64,000 bases of DNA from Haplodiscus bocki (Eukaryota), in assembly GCA_965655095.1 (NCBI GenBank), contig OZ296651.1:24366001-24430000 (forward strand), in the 5' to 3' direction. The notes beneath the pieces were generated by a model, which searched no databases, was not told the origin of the DNA, and worked only from the letters and a program-made list of their open reading frames with translations. Within the stretch, counting starts at the first letter, position 1, and each line of letters opens with the position of its first letter. A program made the position numbers and the translations under genes. Of the stretch, positions 21,943 through 35,624 are shown one piece after another.

Positions 21943-23124
21943 TCAATTTCCTTTGTCAGTTGCTGCTGACTTGATATCAACGAAAGTAGCAGGGGCAGTA
22001 CATGTAGGTCTTGCTGTTTGCCAGCCAGGCACAACATGTTTAGACAGTCCCATCGAATCTCCGGGTCGATAAGCGCAACTCGAATCCACGACCCCGGACT
22101 TCGTACTTGAACCGGAAAGCAACTCACGTTCCCAAGAATTGTCAATTCTGTCGAAATCTGGAAGCATTTTCTTTGGCACAGTAATTCTAACCATAGTTTT
22201 TGAATCTAGCTCCCGTTTCTTCTTACATACAGGGCATACACTTTCTCCATACTCATCAACATTGACGGGTATAGCAAACCCACGTGCATTCATCCTGTAA
22301 AGATGAACACATTTATGTTCCATCTCGGCTTTTAATTTATCCAAATGAGCTTTAGATGTGTAGCTCGGTGGAGGCCAATCTTGGTAAGGCGGTCGGGGGT
22401 ACTGACCTTCACTGTTTCCGCTTTCGGTTGCACCAAAACAATCGCCATGATTCGTCTGCCGGAACTTTTGAAGTTCTTCAAAATATTCGTCCGACTTGCT
22501 TTCAAAAGATATATTCGCGTCCAACATTTCTGCTATCCATTCATAGCCCAATAGGTTTTCTTTGTTTCGTTTCTCCATATTATTGTTCCTAGAAGTCGGT
22601 TTCGATTTATCAGTTGTCTTCGATAAAAATTTGAGCATCGTAGGTTCCCTGTCGGATTTAACATCAATCCTTTCAACATTCACAATCTTAGGATCTTTCG
22701 AAACAATTCGGTTCGCTCTAACATTCGCAGAACTTTCCAGTTTCCGTTCAAATGAATTAAGAGACCCAAGATCTGAACAGACCGTATTCAGACTAGTAAT
22801 GGAATGTAACGTGTCTTCATTCTCATTGTTGGCTGTGTTTTGACGAGGATACTCAATGTCTTCAACTTTTTGGTATAACGATAATTTAGGTGTGCTGCTT
22901 CTTGTCACCAATGTTTTGTCATTACAAACTAAATTTTCTCGAACAATATTTTGATTGACGTTTTTGGAGGAGCTTTTAACCAATTGCTTGCGAGCATCGT
23001 GGCTGCTCATTTTTTTGTTGGGACTGTTTGCACTTCTAGAAGAAATGCTTCTCTTCAGGTGACTCTGATTCTCCAGCAACTTCGAGAGAAGTTCTCGATT
23101 CTGCTCTCGGAGATCTAGAGGCAT
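21943..23124 (-). CDS. MIIP: Migration and invasion inhibitory protein homologue (393 aa, single coding exon)
   Basis: Uninterrupted ORF with N-terminal LDLREQNRELLSKL, LLGYEWIAEMLD..EYFEELQKFRQTNHGDC, HKCVHLYRMNARGF..CPVC, VRITVP and SMGLSKHVVPGW, all matching MIIP blocks. ATG at 23124 lies 7 nt after a TTTTCAG acceptor. Confidence 0.85.
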   Translation of the reverse strand: MPLDLREQNRELLSKLLENQSHLKRSISSRSANSPNKKMSSHDARKQLVKSSSKNVNQNIVRENLVCNDKTLVTRSSTPKLSLYQKVEDIEYPRQNTANNENEDTLHSITSLNTVCSDLGSLNSFERKLESSANVRANRIVSKDPKIVNVERIDVKSDREPTMLKFLSKTTDKSKPTSRNNNMEKRNKENLLGYEWIAEMLDANISFESKSDEYFEELQKFRQTNHGDCFGATESGNSEGQYPRPPYQDWPPPSYTSKAHLDKLKAEMEHKCVHLYRMNARGFAIPVNVDEYGESVCPVCKKKRELDSKTMVRITVPKKMLPDFDRIDNSWERELLSGSSTKSGVVDSSCAYRPGDSMGLSKHVVPGWQTARPTCTAPATFVDIKSAATDKGN

Positions 23125-23279
23125 CTCTTTTCTGAAAACAAGGGCGATACGAAAAGCGCAACTTCGCAACACATTGACTTATGAGTTGAAATCAGAGATA
23201 AATGTGACAGATTACAGGTCCTGAAAGACATTTGAACCTTGCTCGGATACATGATTGATAATAATGGAAATACTACAAC

Positions 23280-24030
23280 ATCTGTCAATCAAAAGTTTGT
23301 TCCAAAAAGTTCAATTGAGACCAGTACCTGTCATACTGTCTAATAGTCAAAAACTTGAACTGTCAATCATGTCTTTCAAGAATCGCCATTTTGTAGCTCA
23401 ATGTTTCAGAGATTTACACAGTAAACAACAGAAACGTAGAATAGGTGTCCCAAAAACCGTTACTTGACAAAAACTAATACATCTCAAAAAATGGCTAATA
23501 TTAGTCGCCAAGAGGCTAAAACTTTCGAAAAATTCTCATCTCACTAATAAATCATGAGAAATCTTAATGGAAACATCAAAAAAAAGTTGCATAATGTCGG
23601 TTATATAGGTGTAAACAACTTTCAAAATTTCAGCCTAAATTTTCACAATCCAGAGCAAGTGTCAATTTAGATGATTGACAGGCGCTATGTCCCCACTTGA
23701 AAGTAGTTCCGACATCTTGTTTACTAAAATAAACTAATTTGAATTTTGAGAACCCGAAACTTTTACATGTAACGTTTTTTCGGGACACGTGATACATTTT
23801 CCACTCTCCTATTCAAAACATTATTATGTGAAACTTTACCTTTTAGAACACTGCTGTCCATTTTTCAGACCAATGTTTAAAAAGTTTGCACCTTTCAGAA
23901 CGCGAGAAATAAAAAAATACCCACCAAGATTTTTCCGAAAAGTTCCCTTCTGACCGTTTAAACTAAAGGATTGAACTATCTGATGACGTCACAAATTGCA
24001 AAATTTGGACACGATAAAAAACTATGCAAT
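23280..24030 (+). repeat. Dispersed non-coding repeat family; related modules at 24475-24760 and 39250-39575
   Basis: Shared blocks AAAAGTTGA..GTCAA.CATGTCTTT and TGTCCATTTTT(T)CAGACCAATGTTT.AAAA...TGACCGTT.AAA.TA. Confidence 0.7.
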
Positions 24031-26299
24031 TCAAGAAATTTTCCCTCCTTTCAGTAAGAATATGTAAGATGAGTAAGCAAGCTGAACTAATGTAAACTGG
24101 CAAATAAATTTGCGACCGAGAATCTGCGCTGGGCAGACAGTTGCAACGAAAGTTAGCAAAGGAATCCACTAACTGACAATCGACGAAAATGGTTTGTCGT
24201 GCTTTCAAAATGAAAAACTTTCAGAAAAAATGAATCCACTGTAAAGAAAAAAGGAAAGTACTTCTGTATGAAACAGGAACTTCCAGCTCCTTCACCGATC
24301 TCCTATATTGTGCGACATGAAGCAACGCATGGCCGCAATCCAAGCAGCAGTCTGCGAGAAAAACGGCTTGGAAACAAAGCAAAACTTCTCAACACATTGA
24401 CTTGTCAGCAGAGATCCTGAAAGATATTTCAAAGATCGGAAAAGTGATTGACACTACTGGAAACACAACAACTTTCAATTAAGAGTTCGTTAGAAAAAGT
24501 CGAATTGAAACAAGTACCTGCCAGAGGGTCTCATACTCGAAAAGTTGATACGTCAACCATGTCTTTTCAGCTAACGCCACTTTGTCGTTAAAAGTTTTCA
24601 CTGCAAAAACGAGAGAATGGACAAGTACCTACCAGACTGTTTCATGTCAGAAAAGTGTCATGTTAATCATGTCTTTCCAGGTTACGCCTTTTTGCTACCC
24701 CAAGGTTCAAGAGATTTGCACAGAAAACGACGGGCAGAGAATATGAACCAGCCAAAAACAGGCCGTTTCTGACAGTTTACACTATATGACAAGACTCTAT
24801 GAAGACGTTAAAAATCCAAGTTTTGAGCAGGAGAAAAGCAAGTTCGCAGATATCAACTAGAAAACTTAATCAATTCAGGAAGTTCCAGGAACAAAAATTA
24901 ACTGCAAAAATTCCGGAAAACAAACAACGTCAAACAATTCGCGTGAAAGCTATGAATTGAGACATCCCGCTCTTTCACAAGTTTCCCAATAAAACAGGCT
25001 TTCGAATGAGTGACGGATGACCGCAATCCAGCCAGTAGTATTCGAGAAAAATCAGACAAAAAATTGAATCGATAAATCAAGATATTAGGATGGAAGGTAT
25101 AAATTTGCATAACCCCGGTTCTGCATAGCTCCCTAATAATGTCAGCTTCCAAACGCAGAGTAGACGGCCCGTAGTCTTCGCGAAAAGTAAACTTGCAGAA
25201 GGACGCAAAGTACTTTTTCAAAGTTGTAACAATACGAAACGGATTGAAAAGTAAGATTTCGGACAACAATTTTTGTCTGCAGATTGTCAGTATTGAGAGT
25301 TTTCAAATAAAAAGTGGATACTTGAAATCCGAAGATCTGTTACGAGTAATCGCTCAGGGACATGACTACGAAAGACAAGGAAAACTGTGGAACAGAAACT
25401 CTGGAAAGTAGCAAACTTTAGCAGTATTCAGCTGACTGTAGAGCACCAAGAGTACCATTCTGGTAACGAAATCAAAAATCTGAGAAACTTCACAAATTCA
25501 GCGTTTTCTATTTGATTTAGACGGATTCGTAGTTGTTCTTGAAGGCAAAATAGCGAAACTGTCCAAATTAGCTGTTTTGCAAAGTTTGAAACGCTTGAAA
25601 GACAATTTATAGCGCAATACTTGAAATTTCCTGAATATTCACACAAGATGTGCTTCCGTACAGGATTTTAATGCGGTGTAGCTCAAAACATTAAGAATGC
25701 AGGAAAAAATTGGGCTGCCACAAATGTTGACAAAAAGCTACTCCTCGTTATTTTCAAGCACTGGAAACGTTATTCAACCATTTTATAAATTCTTGCCGCA
25801 TAAAGCCAATTTTGTGCTTATGTATCCTATTGATTCAGTCTACTTCCCAGCAAGTAGATAGGGAAGGCAAAAACTAGAGATCGCGATAATAGCTATTTGT
25901 GGCCTTTCAGTAGCGTCAAAAACATTTACTATGCGACTGAGAAACTTAAAAAAGAAATAAGTTTGGATAATTCAACTGTTGTCTACATTTGTTTTTCTGT
26001 TTTGTATTAGTATAAAAAAGTTGCTAGAAAGTTGAAATATAAAATGAAAGTGCAGAAATTGCGGGAGAAATAGCTACCTTTTGCCTAATTCAAAACTATA
26101 AAATGCCACCATGCAGTCGAAAACTTTCAAAACCCGGATCTTGACGGTTCATAATGATTCATGCTGCATGCCGAGCAAAAAAGTTGATTCTTATGACACA
26201 GGATTGAATTTGATCTGCCGATCTGGCAAAGGGTTTGCTGGTAATCTCAATGTTTGCAAAATGTTTCTGAAATTCTTTATGCCCATAGATTGCCAATGA

Positions 26300-27180
26300 C
26301 TACATCCTCATAGATTCTAACTCGGATTTAGAATGGAAACTACCCCATATAAACGTCGCCTCCCACTGCCACTATTAACCTATGCTGTCTCAGCCCGGTG
26401 GCACAGCTGGGAACTTTTAGGATTCCTCAGATTCTCAAAAACTAGGAATCACCTCACGCTTATCCGGACAGTAGCCTGGATTAGCATTCAAAACTTATCT
26501 GCAGTTTCAATCCACAACTTTGCCCGAGTCATCGTCATTCTTGGGCGGTGGCAATCCAGGGAATTTCAAAAATTTTGTTTGATTTGTGGATTTTTCGGGA
26601 AAACAAAAATTGCCTGCACTTCCAATGCCGGAAACTAGACCCAAAACAAAGTGTAGACTCAGCCACTTTAACGCAACCAGGAACTCCAACTACTGACGTC
26701 TTGCCAGATAGCACAATCAGCGGACTTGGACTAATCTCATTTTCAACATGTTTGCGATTCCCTGCAATACGACGACATGCAGTTTGTCTGACCCTTGAGT
26801 AGACACAACCAAAACCGACAGATCTGGAAAAGTTTTGAAAAATTTGTGAAAACTTATTTCGCCAGTCACTCCAACTAATAAGTACTTCTTACCCTCTCCG
26901 CTGTAACCAAGTTGGACAAACTTCAATACTTACAAAACCTCTTTTCGATTTACTGCTTTTCAAAAGACTCCTCCCAAGGGCCAACTCTCTCAGATACTAT
27001 CTCGGATTAGAATCGGAAACAATTCTTAATTTTATATTCGCCTTCCACAGCCTTCAATTAGCTTAAGCTGCCTAACCCCGGTACCCAAATTTGGGACAAT
27101 CTAAAAAGCTCACAAATCTCTCGAATTCCATGAAATTTCACAACCTGGGAATCATCATATCCTTGCCCGAACGCCAGTCT
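26300..27180. repeat. Old tandem duplication, period ~690 bp
   Basis: AGAT.CTA.CTCGGATT(T)AGAAT(C)GGAAAC...TCGCCT.CCAC.GCC at ~26310 and ~26993. Confidence 0.6.
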
Positions 27181-28789
27181 GGAAACGAATAGAAAACTTT
27201 TACCCACTTCATCTCCAGCGGTCACGAAACACTAAGTCGTCCTCTCCGTAGTATACTGCACCTCCTGTTCAGTGCCTCCCCCCACAAAGCCGAGGTCCCG
27301 CAAAGATTTTTTGGATTTGTCCACCCTCATCGCTACTACGACGATCCATAGTAGCGATCCATAGGTCCCCTTCATCTCTCACGCAATTTTGTTACGTTAT
27401 GCTAAAAAAAAGTCGTCAAATTCTGAAGGATGTCGTACAAGATTGCTCATGCTTACGGCGGGCAGAATCCTGAAATTTCATCCGACTAAGCGTCAAAAAC
27501 GAAAAATTTGAGGCAAAAATTAAAAAATGTCTTTGAATACAACCGAGTAGAATTTTTACGAGACAATTGATGGCCTGCCGAAAACAATCAACTAAAGTAT
27601 TGTGTCGAACTGATCAATCTAATTGGACGTGTCAAACCGATTTCAGTCGAATAAATTTGAGAAATACAAAAAAAACTGGAAAACCAACAGTTCGAGCCAG
27701 TCTACACACGGAAGGCTTTTGATGAAGCCCCGAATGAAAAATTGAACGGTTAGTTCACAAAACCATTTTGAAAATTGAGGAACTTGAACAACCTGTCACT
27801 CAAATTAATTTAACCACATTTTCATGAAAGTGAAAACAAAAACAGCAAAATTAATTAATCGATACACCAGCCAACAGAAAAATCTCCCGAATAAGACGAT
27901 GAAAAAAAATATGGCTAGTTGAAGAACCGCATTACAAAAAAGACCAAAACTCACACTATAGGCTTCTGAAACAGTGTAAGGACTGTTATTATTGCAGAAA
28001 AACACAATTTTTAGGAACTAAACAACGCCACAGCCTATTCGATTTACATCAATTCACATACAACATGCTTTCAATCAAGCTCCCGACCGAAATAATCGAA
28101 AGAACCAAAAAGAATCTCGGCGAAAGCGACAACCTATGCCTTTGATGCAGCGCTCGGAACATTATTATGAGAAAATTAAACCAAAGCTCTCAAAAAATCA
28201 ATCAACATACGAAGATGCTTCGCCTTTGAAGAAAGAAGTGGAGAACGATTTTGAAAAAAAAATAGAGTCGACATATGCTTTCTGAGAAATGCTTTTGGAC
28301 CATCGTTATATAAAATTGGAACAAACTGTCGCAAAACTGCTGCTTTCAAATGAAATGACATTTGAAAAGATGTCGATCAAAAAATGATTAAAAAAAAGAG
28401 TAGGTAGTTTAAAGAGTGAAAGCATTTGGAAAATCGACGAAAAGGGACATCAACTGAATGTGAAGGAATAATTGGATCATATGTTGAGGAAGTTGCAACA
28501 AAATCCGGGAAAACTTCTCCCTTTAAATGAAATCACAAACAAATGCTATTAACTGACCCGTAACTGACAAAAATTGAGATGTCAGATCAAAAGAAAAAGC
28601 ACCCGCGGAATTTATTGAATAATATGAAATGAACAAAAAATACCTTTGGGTCACAATTTTTCAAATCGGAACGAACTTCTCAAAATTGCTCCGGTTGAAA
28701 AATTTTCAATTGAAAAACTGTAAATTAGGTCGCAATCGGAAAAAAATTATTGGGTAGTTGAGAGAGAAATACTTGAGAAAGTAGATAAA

Positions 28790-29050
28790 ATTGACATCAC
28801 CTGCATTTGTAGCAATGTTTGGACAATGATTTATGGAAAAGTGAGCAAATTCTGGACAAACTGTTCCACTTGAATCAATCCATATAAATTAACTTAATAA
28901 TTAGGCCTTAAATTAAAAGAATTGAGTATTTCAGGAAGAAAAGCACTTCGAAAATCAACTGAAATCGGTATCAGATGCATTTGTAACAATGTATGAACAA
29001 TAATTTCTAGGAAGACATCTGGATAACATGTTCGACATCGATCAATCTAC
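28790..29050. repeat. Degenerate tandem duplication, period ~175 bp
   Basis: TGCATTTGTA.CAATGT.TG.ACAAT.ATTT at 28802 and ~28976. Confidence 0.65.
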
Positions 29051-32049
29051 GAAAAACAGGCTTTCGAACAAGTAGAGAAAAGGAAGAGAAGGATTAGTTC
29101 GAGAGAAAAGCTATTTTTGAGCTGATCTAAAAAGTTAGCAATTTCGCCGTTTTCCGTGACTCTTAGCCCATCATAACTCATGAGAAAACGCGAAATGCTT
29201 CATCTTAGGCTCTGTCATATATTGCTCGCTCTGAGGTAACATAAGCCCCTAGCGGGGCTTGGATATCGAAGCATTAGATAACAAAGCGGACTCTATCGGA
29301 TAGGAAAACAAAATCGACCAGAGTTGACAAATGTTTTTAGTAGTTTCACAACAAAAAATTCCTGAACTTGACACTGCTCCACAGTATTGAATCTCTTGAG
29401 TCATTTCTAGAGATAGAGGGCTTCTGATTCTTGACTCTCCTTGCTAAATCCAACGAGCGATTATGCGGAAATTCACTACTCAAAAAAGTCAACGTATACC
29501 AATATTGTTTTTCAAACAAGATTCCGGTTAAAATGGGAGTCCCAAACTTTGAGTTACTAAGCCTTGCAACAATGTGAAGCTACTGACAAAATTGTCGATG
29601 AAAACGCCAAAGACACCGTTAGAGAATCGATAGACTCTACAGATAGAGTTCTGTACTATTTCTGAGCAATTGTTTGGTTCATGCAAAAAGGAAAAAGATA
29701 AAAAATCCATGAGAACATCAGTGGAAATGTATAAATTTCGATGAAGGACCTGATGGGAAAAGAACCATTCTCTAGACAACCAATTTCGAAGCCGACCAAA
29801 GTTTCCGAAATTTTCAAGCTTTTAATTTGCGGAAAAGAACCTCAGAAAAAATGTTCCGCAGAGTGGTTTTAAAATATAGTTTCCAATTTATCATGCGCCA
29901 ATTGATGAAAAAAATGAGAAGGGCAGTTAAAGAGGAAAACTTTTCAAAAACGGCAAAGTTAGCAAACTTTGAAATTCCTTTCACTTTGAAATGTTTTTGC
30001 CAACTTCAATACACAAAAAAATCACTTTTCTCTGATTTTCAGATTAATTTTGGAGGGAGTGATGTAACTAAAAACAAAACTAGCTATTTACTCCTCACTT
30101 TGAACGACCAAAAAACTGGAATAACGAAAAATTTAGAAATCTGCAGCATTTGCTAGATTTGTCTTTTGTATTGTATTACTTTTGATAATTAGCTAAAGAG
30201 TTGATATGAAAGGCATGATTTGGAGAAATACCAAATGGGCTATTTTTGGCTTCCTTTACAAAAAAAATGTCCACTCATGAGGAAACCTTCAAAATTATGA
30301 AAACTGCAAATTTACCGTTTTGTAATGATTTATCCTACTTGAGAATGTGAAGTGATACTATGAAATATTTTTCCCACAAAATTGTCAAAATTTTCAGAAA
30401 TCATACGTTGATATTAAGCAAGTCCAATTCTGCGCGAAAAAAAAGATACTGTGACGAAGAAGCAGAAAAATTCGGACGAACACAGCAAGTCTAGCCATTT
30501 TTGAGTTAAACTTATACTAACAAATACGTCAAAATTTGCAGAACCCCTGTTTTGTATGGTTTGGGAAAAGTTTCTCACTGTTTTGGAGTTGAAAATTGCT
30601 GATTAAAAGGCAGCTCTCTAGTAACTGTAGGCGGAACTAGAGCTTACTTTACATTTACTGAGATTCAAATCATCAAGTAGGGCTGAAGTGTCCGGGACAT
30701 AGTTTCGTGGTCTGAACAAAGAGGTCTACCAAGTCCCCAGAATATTTTTCGCCTTCGATATTAGAACACGGGCTTGTTAGAAGGATATAGGAACTTTTTC
30801 AGACCAATGACGCTTTTTCAGAATTTTGAGGTAGAAAAAAACTACATAAGTAAATACATCTTCGGAAAGTTATTCCTCGGTCATTGAAAAATCTGACTAA
30901 TGACGTAATTCATCCATAAAAATGAAGATTTCCGAAGTCCTAAAAGCATTTTATCACAGCTACAGTGAGAAGCTCAGAGATCAAAAATTTCTCCTTATCA
31001 GAGCCTCTTCAGAAGAAATATAGAAATTCGAATTGGATTTTAACAATTGCATTCAGTCAATTCATCAAAATTTTGCCCTACTACGCGGAAACAGTCGTCA
31101 AATTTGAACGCCTGTCCGGAATACAAGATTTTTGCTGCAATATACTTCTTAACTTAGTTGGAAACATTGAAAAAACCTTTCTGACAGTTCAATATGAATT
31201 AGTGAAGATTCAGAAAGCTGACCCTCGACACTTCGAATCAAATTTTGAAGAACGTCCGAATACATTTTACAAACAAATGACGTTTAAACCTTGAGAAAAC
31301 CATCATAAACAGATTCATTATTTCAGCTACCTATATTTCATCTTCCAATTTCAAGTTACAGAAGGTTGGTCCCAATAAATTTGAGATGCTGTAGCCGAAA
31401 TCCATCAGCGCGTAAAGCAAGTTTGGGTTAAAATGAGAATTATAGTAAAGTGATAGTAAACGCTTTGTTACGAATTGTCTCCATGTTTACAAGCCAGCCA
31501 TCAATATGAATTTTAAAGTTCGAGCATTTATACATCTCAATTCTTAAAATCTTGACGACTGTATCCTGCTTCAGGGTTAACTCGTCTACGTTCGAATCAA
31601 AAGAGGCCAATACTTAGCGTACCCTCTCCTACACTTGCACCCAAGTTTGAAGAATTTCAGTTTTTTTCGCACAAGTTTTCTTTTCATACACTCCGTCCCC
31701 ACAGCTTGGAAAAAGTCAAATCTTTACCTATATACAACCCCGGCCGTGAATTGAAAACCTTTAATCACTTCACAATTTCACTTGACCTTCCCACAGCTTT
31801 CCGATTCTCCCCAACTCTTGCAATGCTTTCATGACTTTTGCATTCCCTGGAATCTAACTGCCTCGGATGACAACACCTTGGCGCAGAAACTTGAGGGGAA
31901 GCGAGATAGAACTTCAAATATCATTGAGAAACAAATCAATGCCATTAGAAAAAAACGTTAGAAAATACTGGATGTATGCCTAGAAAATGAACATGAATGT
32001 ACTACATATGAATCAGGTAAATGTTTAAGTCAATATGTTTCCCAAATAG

Positions 32050-35000
32050 TTTTACTTTCGCGTTTAGGTCAACTACAATAATGGTTAAGTAGTGTTGTCG
32101 AACCCTTCCTCGAGAAAAATGACATTTTACTGGCGTTAGTTTCTACATATTCGAAAGGATTGACAGCTGTTATCTTATATCTTTTTATATCATGCAGTTG
32201 GCCATACTTAGCTAACTCCAGCGACCATTTTGCAGAAAGCATGTCATTAAAAAACGAAAAATTATTCGACTCAATTTTGTAGGCAACTGACAGCATTTCA
32301 AATTCTGCATCTAGTTGATCACAATATGGTATCTCCACTCCGTAACTTGAATCTTCCAATCATTGAAAGTTCTCTGTTCTCTTTAACCAGTGAAGGTCAA
32401 GCAAAACATTTGGGGGAAAACAGAGTGATATTGAGTGATATTGAGTACACCGGCAGAGGTTATATATAACGTAACAGGTTGCTATGATTATAACCGAAGA
32501 AAAAGATTTCGTGCCAAAAGGGTTTGTTTCGAAGGTACGTTCGCCAACTTGACATTACTTCTGACCAGCAGTCCAAGGTTTTCGTGCATGTTAGTTAACA
32601 ACGTGAATTGGCCCGTTTTCCATTGTAACGATATTACCTCCCGGAACGATAGACATTTCCTTTTGTTGGCCTCAATTAACATGGCACTTGCAAAGTTCAA
32701 ATGCTGACGAGAACATAATCCAGTTAATTCATCGTAAAGAATAGAGTGGAAAAGCATTTTGCGGTCAACTGCAAGTTAGGGTGAACAATCGAGAAAAAAT
32801 GCTGAACACCGTTGACGAAAACTGAAAAGAGGCTCATTACAGAACTTTGTGAAGCTCACTGTTGAGCAAAAACTGCCTCGGAAATGAACCAAGAAATAAA
32901 CAACTTGTAGAAACAAGGTTTTCGATTGATTATACGTTAATCGTAACAGAAGTTTCTCAAAAACACGTGAGATTTTAGGCAAAACGCTAACGCGTCGGTA
33001 AATGGCGATATTTTTTCTCCTGCCAGACGTGTGCTTGAATGTACGCAGTTTTCAATAATTCAACAGAGCATATCTCAGTGCAATGCAACAGAAAATAGGA
33101 TACAAAAGTCGAGCGCAAATGGGAGCCTAATTTGATAAGCTTTTCAATCGGACGTAAACAAGTGAGTGCTTTGCTAGGCTTGCATATTTCATTATGTCGT
33201 CCGAATTGAAATGGTGAAAAGGAATCGATGAAATCATCGAGATTGATGAAGGCATTCTGATGATAAGGAGTAAGTTTTGGCATTGAAACTTTCGGAGAAG
33301 AATTACTTGAAAGAATCAGCTAAGTCCCTCAAGTTGTCAAAAGAGGGGGAATGGCGAATCACAGTTCCGGAAATTAAAGCAGAGTTTAACGACCAGTATG
33401 AATCCATCAACTGAACTGTTCATGAGATTCCCAATTGGGAAAGTCTACTTTATCCGCCTTGAAGGACTGTCTCAAACTTAAACCGCACCAGCGCAAGAAA
33501 GTCGAAACTGGGTTTGCGATTGCATTTTTTCTTGGCCATGCCTCATATTAAGTGACTGCTTTGTAAGGGAAGAGTAGTTGTACGGTTGTCGCAGTGCTTT
33601 CCGACGAAGTTCGGAAAAACAGTTCACGACAGTTCCGCGCAAAAGGTAGCATGAACTTACAGTTGGAGCGGAAGAATAGTTGGAAAAATGAACTTAAGCC
33701 ACGATTTGAGGAAACAATCGAAAACTTCAGCTGAATTGAATGACAATGATGAGCGGTTCACAGTTTTCATGGGAATAAAACTAGAGTTTAAGATCAAAGG
33801 TTACCAGGAAGTGATCACTGACGGCCTCTACCAGACAACGAGTTAGAGGATCAGTTGATTCGATCACATTAAAATTTTCAATCTATCATTGATGGCAGTA
33901 CTAGTAAGAAAGTTTCATCCACTCTGTAATGCTGAACAAATGGAAGTATTTAGCGCCCAATCAGAAAAAACTATCATGATAATGACTTTCTTTTTGCTTC
34001 CTTGATAACAAAAGGGACCACTCCGTGCTTGGCATGTTAAAATCGATCAGTCACAGCAATTCGGGTAATATGAACAAGGTGTGTTTCAGTAGCTAGGCAG
34101 ACAAGACGCCAATGCAATTGCATGTATCTCACGGAAGCTGCCAGAGAGCGGTAAGAAGAGAAAAACGGAATGAGACGTAACAGGTACTTCCCAGACAACG
34201 GTAGTTGCGAGTACAAACATAGAAAGTGACAAAGGTTCAACAGAAAAGGTTGTTCCAGATTTAAAAATCCGCGACACCAGCAGGAGGACCAGTTTCGCAA
34301 TCTTTTAGTGAAAAGAACGGAGATTTGGCCAGATAATGAAAAGACCCTGTCAATCTGACTAGCAGTTATTCAGCTCCATGTGATAAAAAACTCATCAATC
34401 GTATGAGAAATGTCAGAATTAAGCAGATAAAGTTAATCCCTGCACACTTGTGAGGCAAACGATAGCATAACCTCGGACTTCGATCTCAAAGACAGAGTAA
34501 CTTGTTCACACGATCTAGTGTGATCAATCGCAACTGCTCCATAGAAAATGATCAACTTTCTCATGCGGAAAAAGTTGCAGTGATTCACAAATGGGTTAAA
34601 TCGGTATGACAGTAAGCATTTCGCAAGCAACCTTTCATGCCATAACAATTTGACTTTCCTAAAAAACTTGCCCCTTTCAAAAGTCTAGCATTTGACATAA
34701 CGCCACATTTTTCGACGCTGTTCCTCAATTGACGAAAATTATGCGTACTCTCGCACTTTCTGAATATTGCGTTTGCCCAGTAGGCAAGCAGAAGCAAGAA
34801 GTACTTGAGAGTTTGCATTAGGTCAAATTTCCCTTTCAATAATAACAGTTGTCTTTTGCAGGAACCGGCCGACTTTTCAGCTTTTTGCCGTAATCCCTAT
34901 CATTAATTTTTTAGGTACTGCAATTGAGCATTCATAAAGTTCAGCTGAGTAGCATCAGGTTTGGAAGAGTTGGTAGAATTAGCTGATACAATCGAGACGG

Positions 35001-35500
35001 GTTCTTGTAAAACATCTCCTTTCGAATTGGAGGCTCTCAAAGCATCAATAACAGTAAGATTACTATCCTTGTTGTTTTCTACTTACTTAGTCAAAATCTG
35101 AGCACCCATATTGAGAAGCCCAATGGAGGAGCTGGATTGTTGTTCTGATTGAGGACTACCCCGAGTTGAGAAATTGTCTCTCGCAGAAGGGACACCACAT
35201 TGGACTTGAGCATTTTGTCAAACACCTTAAGAGAAGCACCTATTCAGAGTTGATCATTTCATTTACAGTGATGTAGTAGTCCTTGCACCGTTTGGTAGAG
35301 TTCAATACAATACGTGTGAACTCAGTTTGGTCAGTTTTATCTACCTCGCAAAAAATTGAAAACTTTCCCTCACTCCCACTATCTAGCATATCCTCCCTGA
35401 CCATTGTACCAAGGTTGGAATGATCTGGAAATTTTCGAACTCCTTTGTTCCCTTCGTTCTCACAGCTTGCGCAAAGCAAGGCCTTTGCCCGTATACTAAC
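32050..35500 (-). mobile_element. Old CR1/L2-type LINE, heavily decayed
   Basis: Cys-containing ORF1 start (35240-35479), APE LVCLATETHL (~34080-34110), and RT PKISRVFEKLL and FSFRQRCS (32776-32982), in LINE order. Confidence 0.6.
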
Positions 35501-35624
35501 CCGGATCTGAAAAATTAGTTAACTACAACTTCCCCGGTAACTTCCACTACAAATGTTCTTCAGTTAGAATAATTTGAAGGATTGGGAAAAAATCTCACAT
35601 GCTCTATGCTGCTCCAGAGGGATC

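Noticed and set aside
23125-23172. 16 extra N-terminal residues of the listed 409-aa ORF
   Set aside because: Non-ATG start lying upstream of a splice acceptor; the first ATG is at 23124.
27331-27365. Short hairpin/duplication ATCGCTACTA..TAGTAGCGAT
   Set aside because: Isolated 10-bp stem, probably a repair scar or chance.
31500-31950. Possible CR1 3'-end fragment (IGLF*FERRR, minus strand)
   Set aside because: A single weak motif; not enough to annotate.
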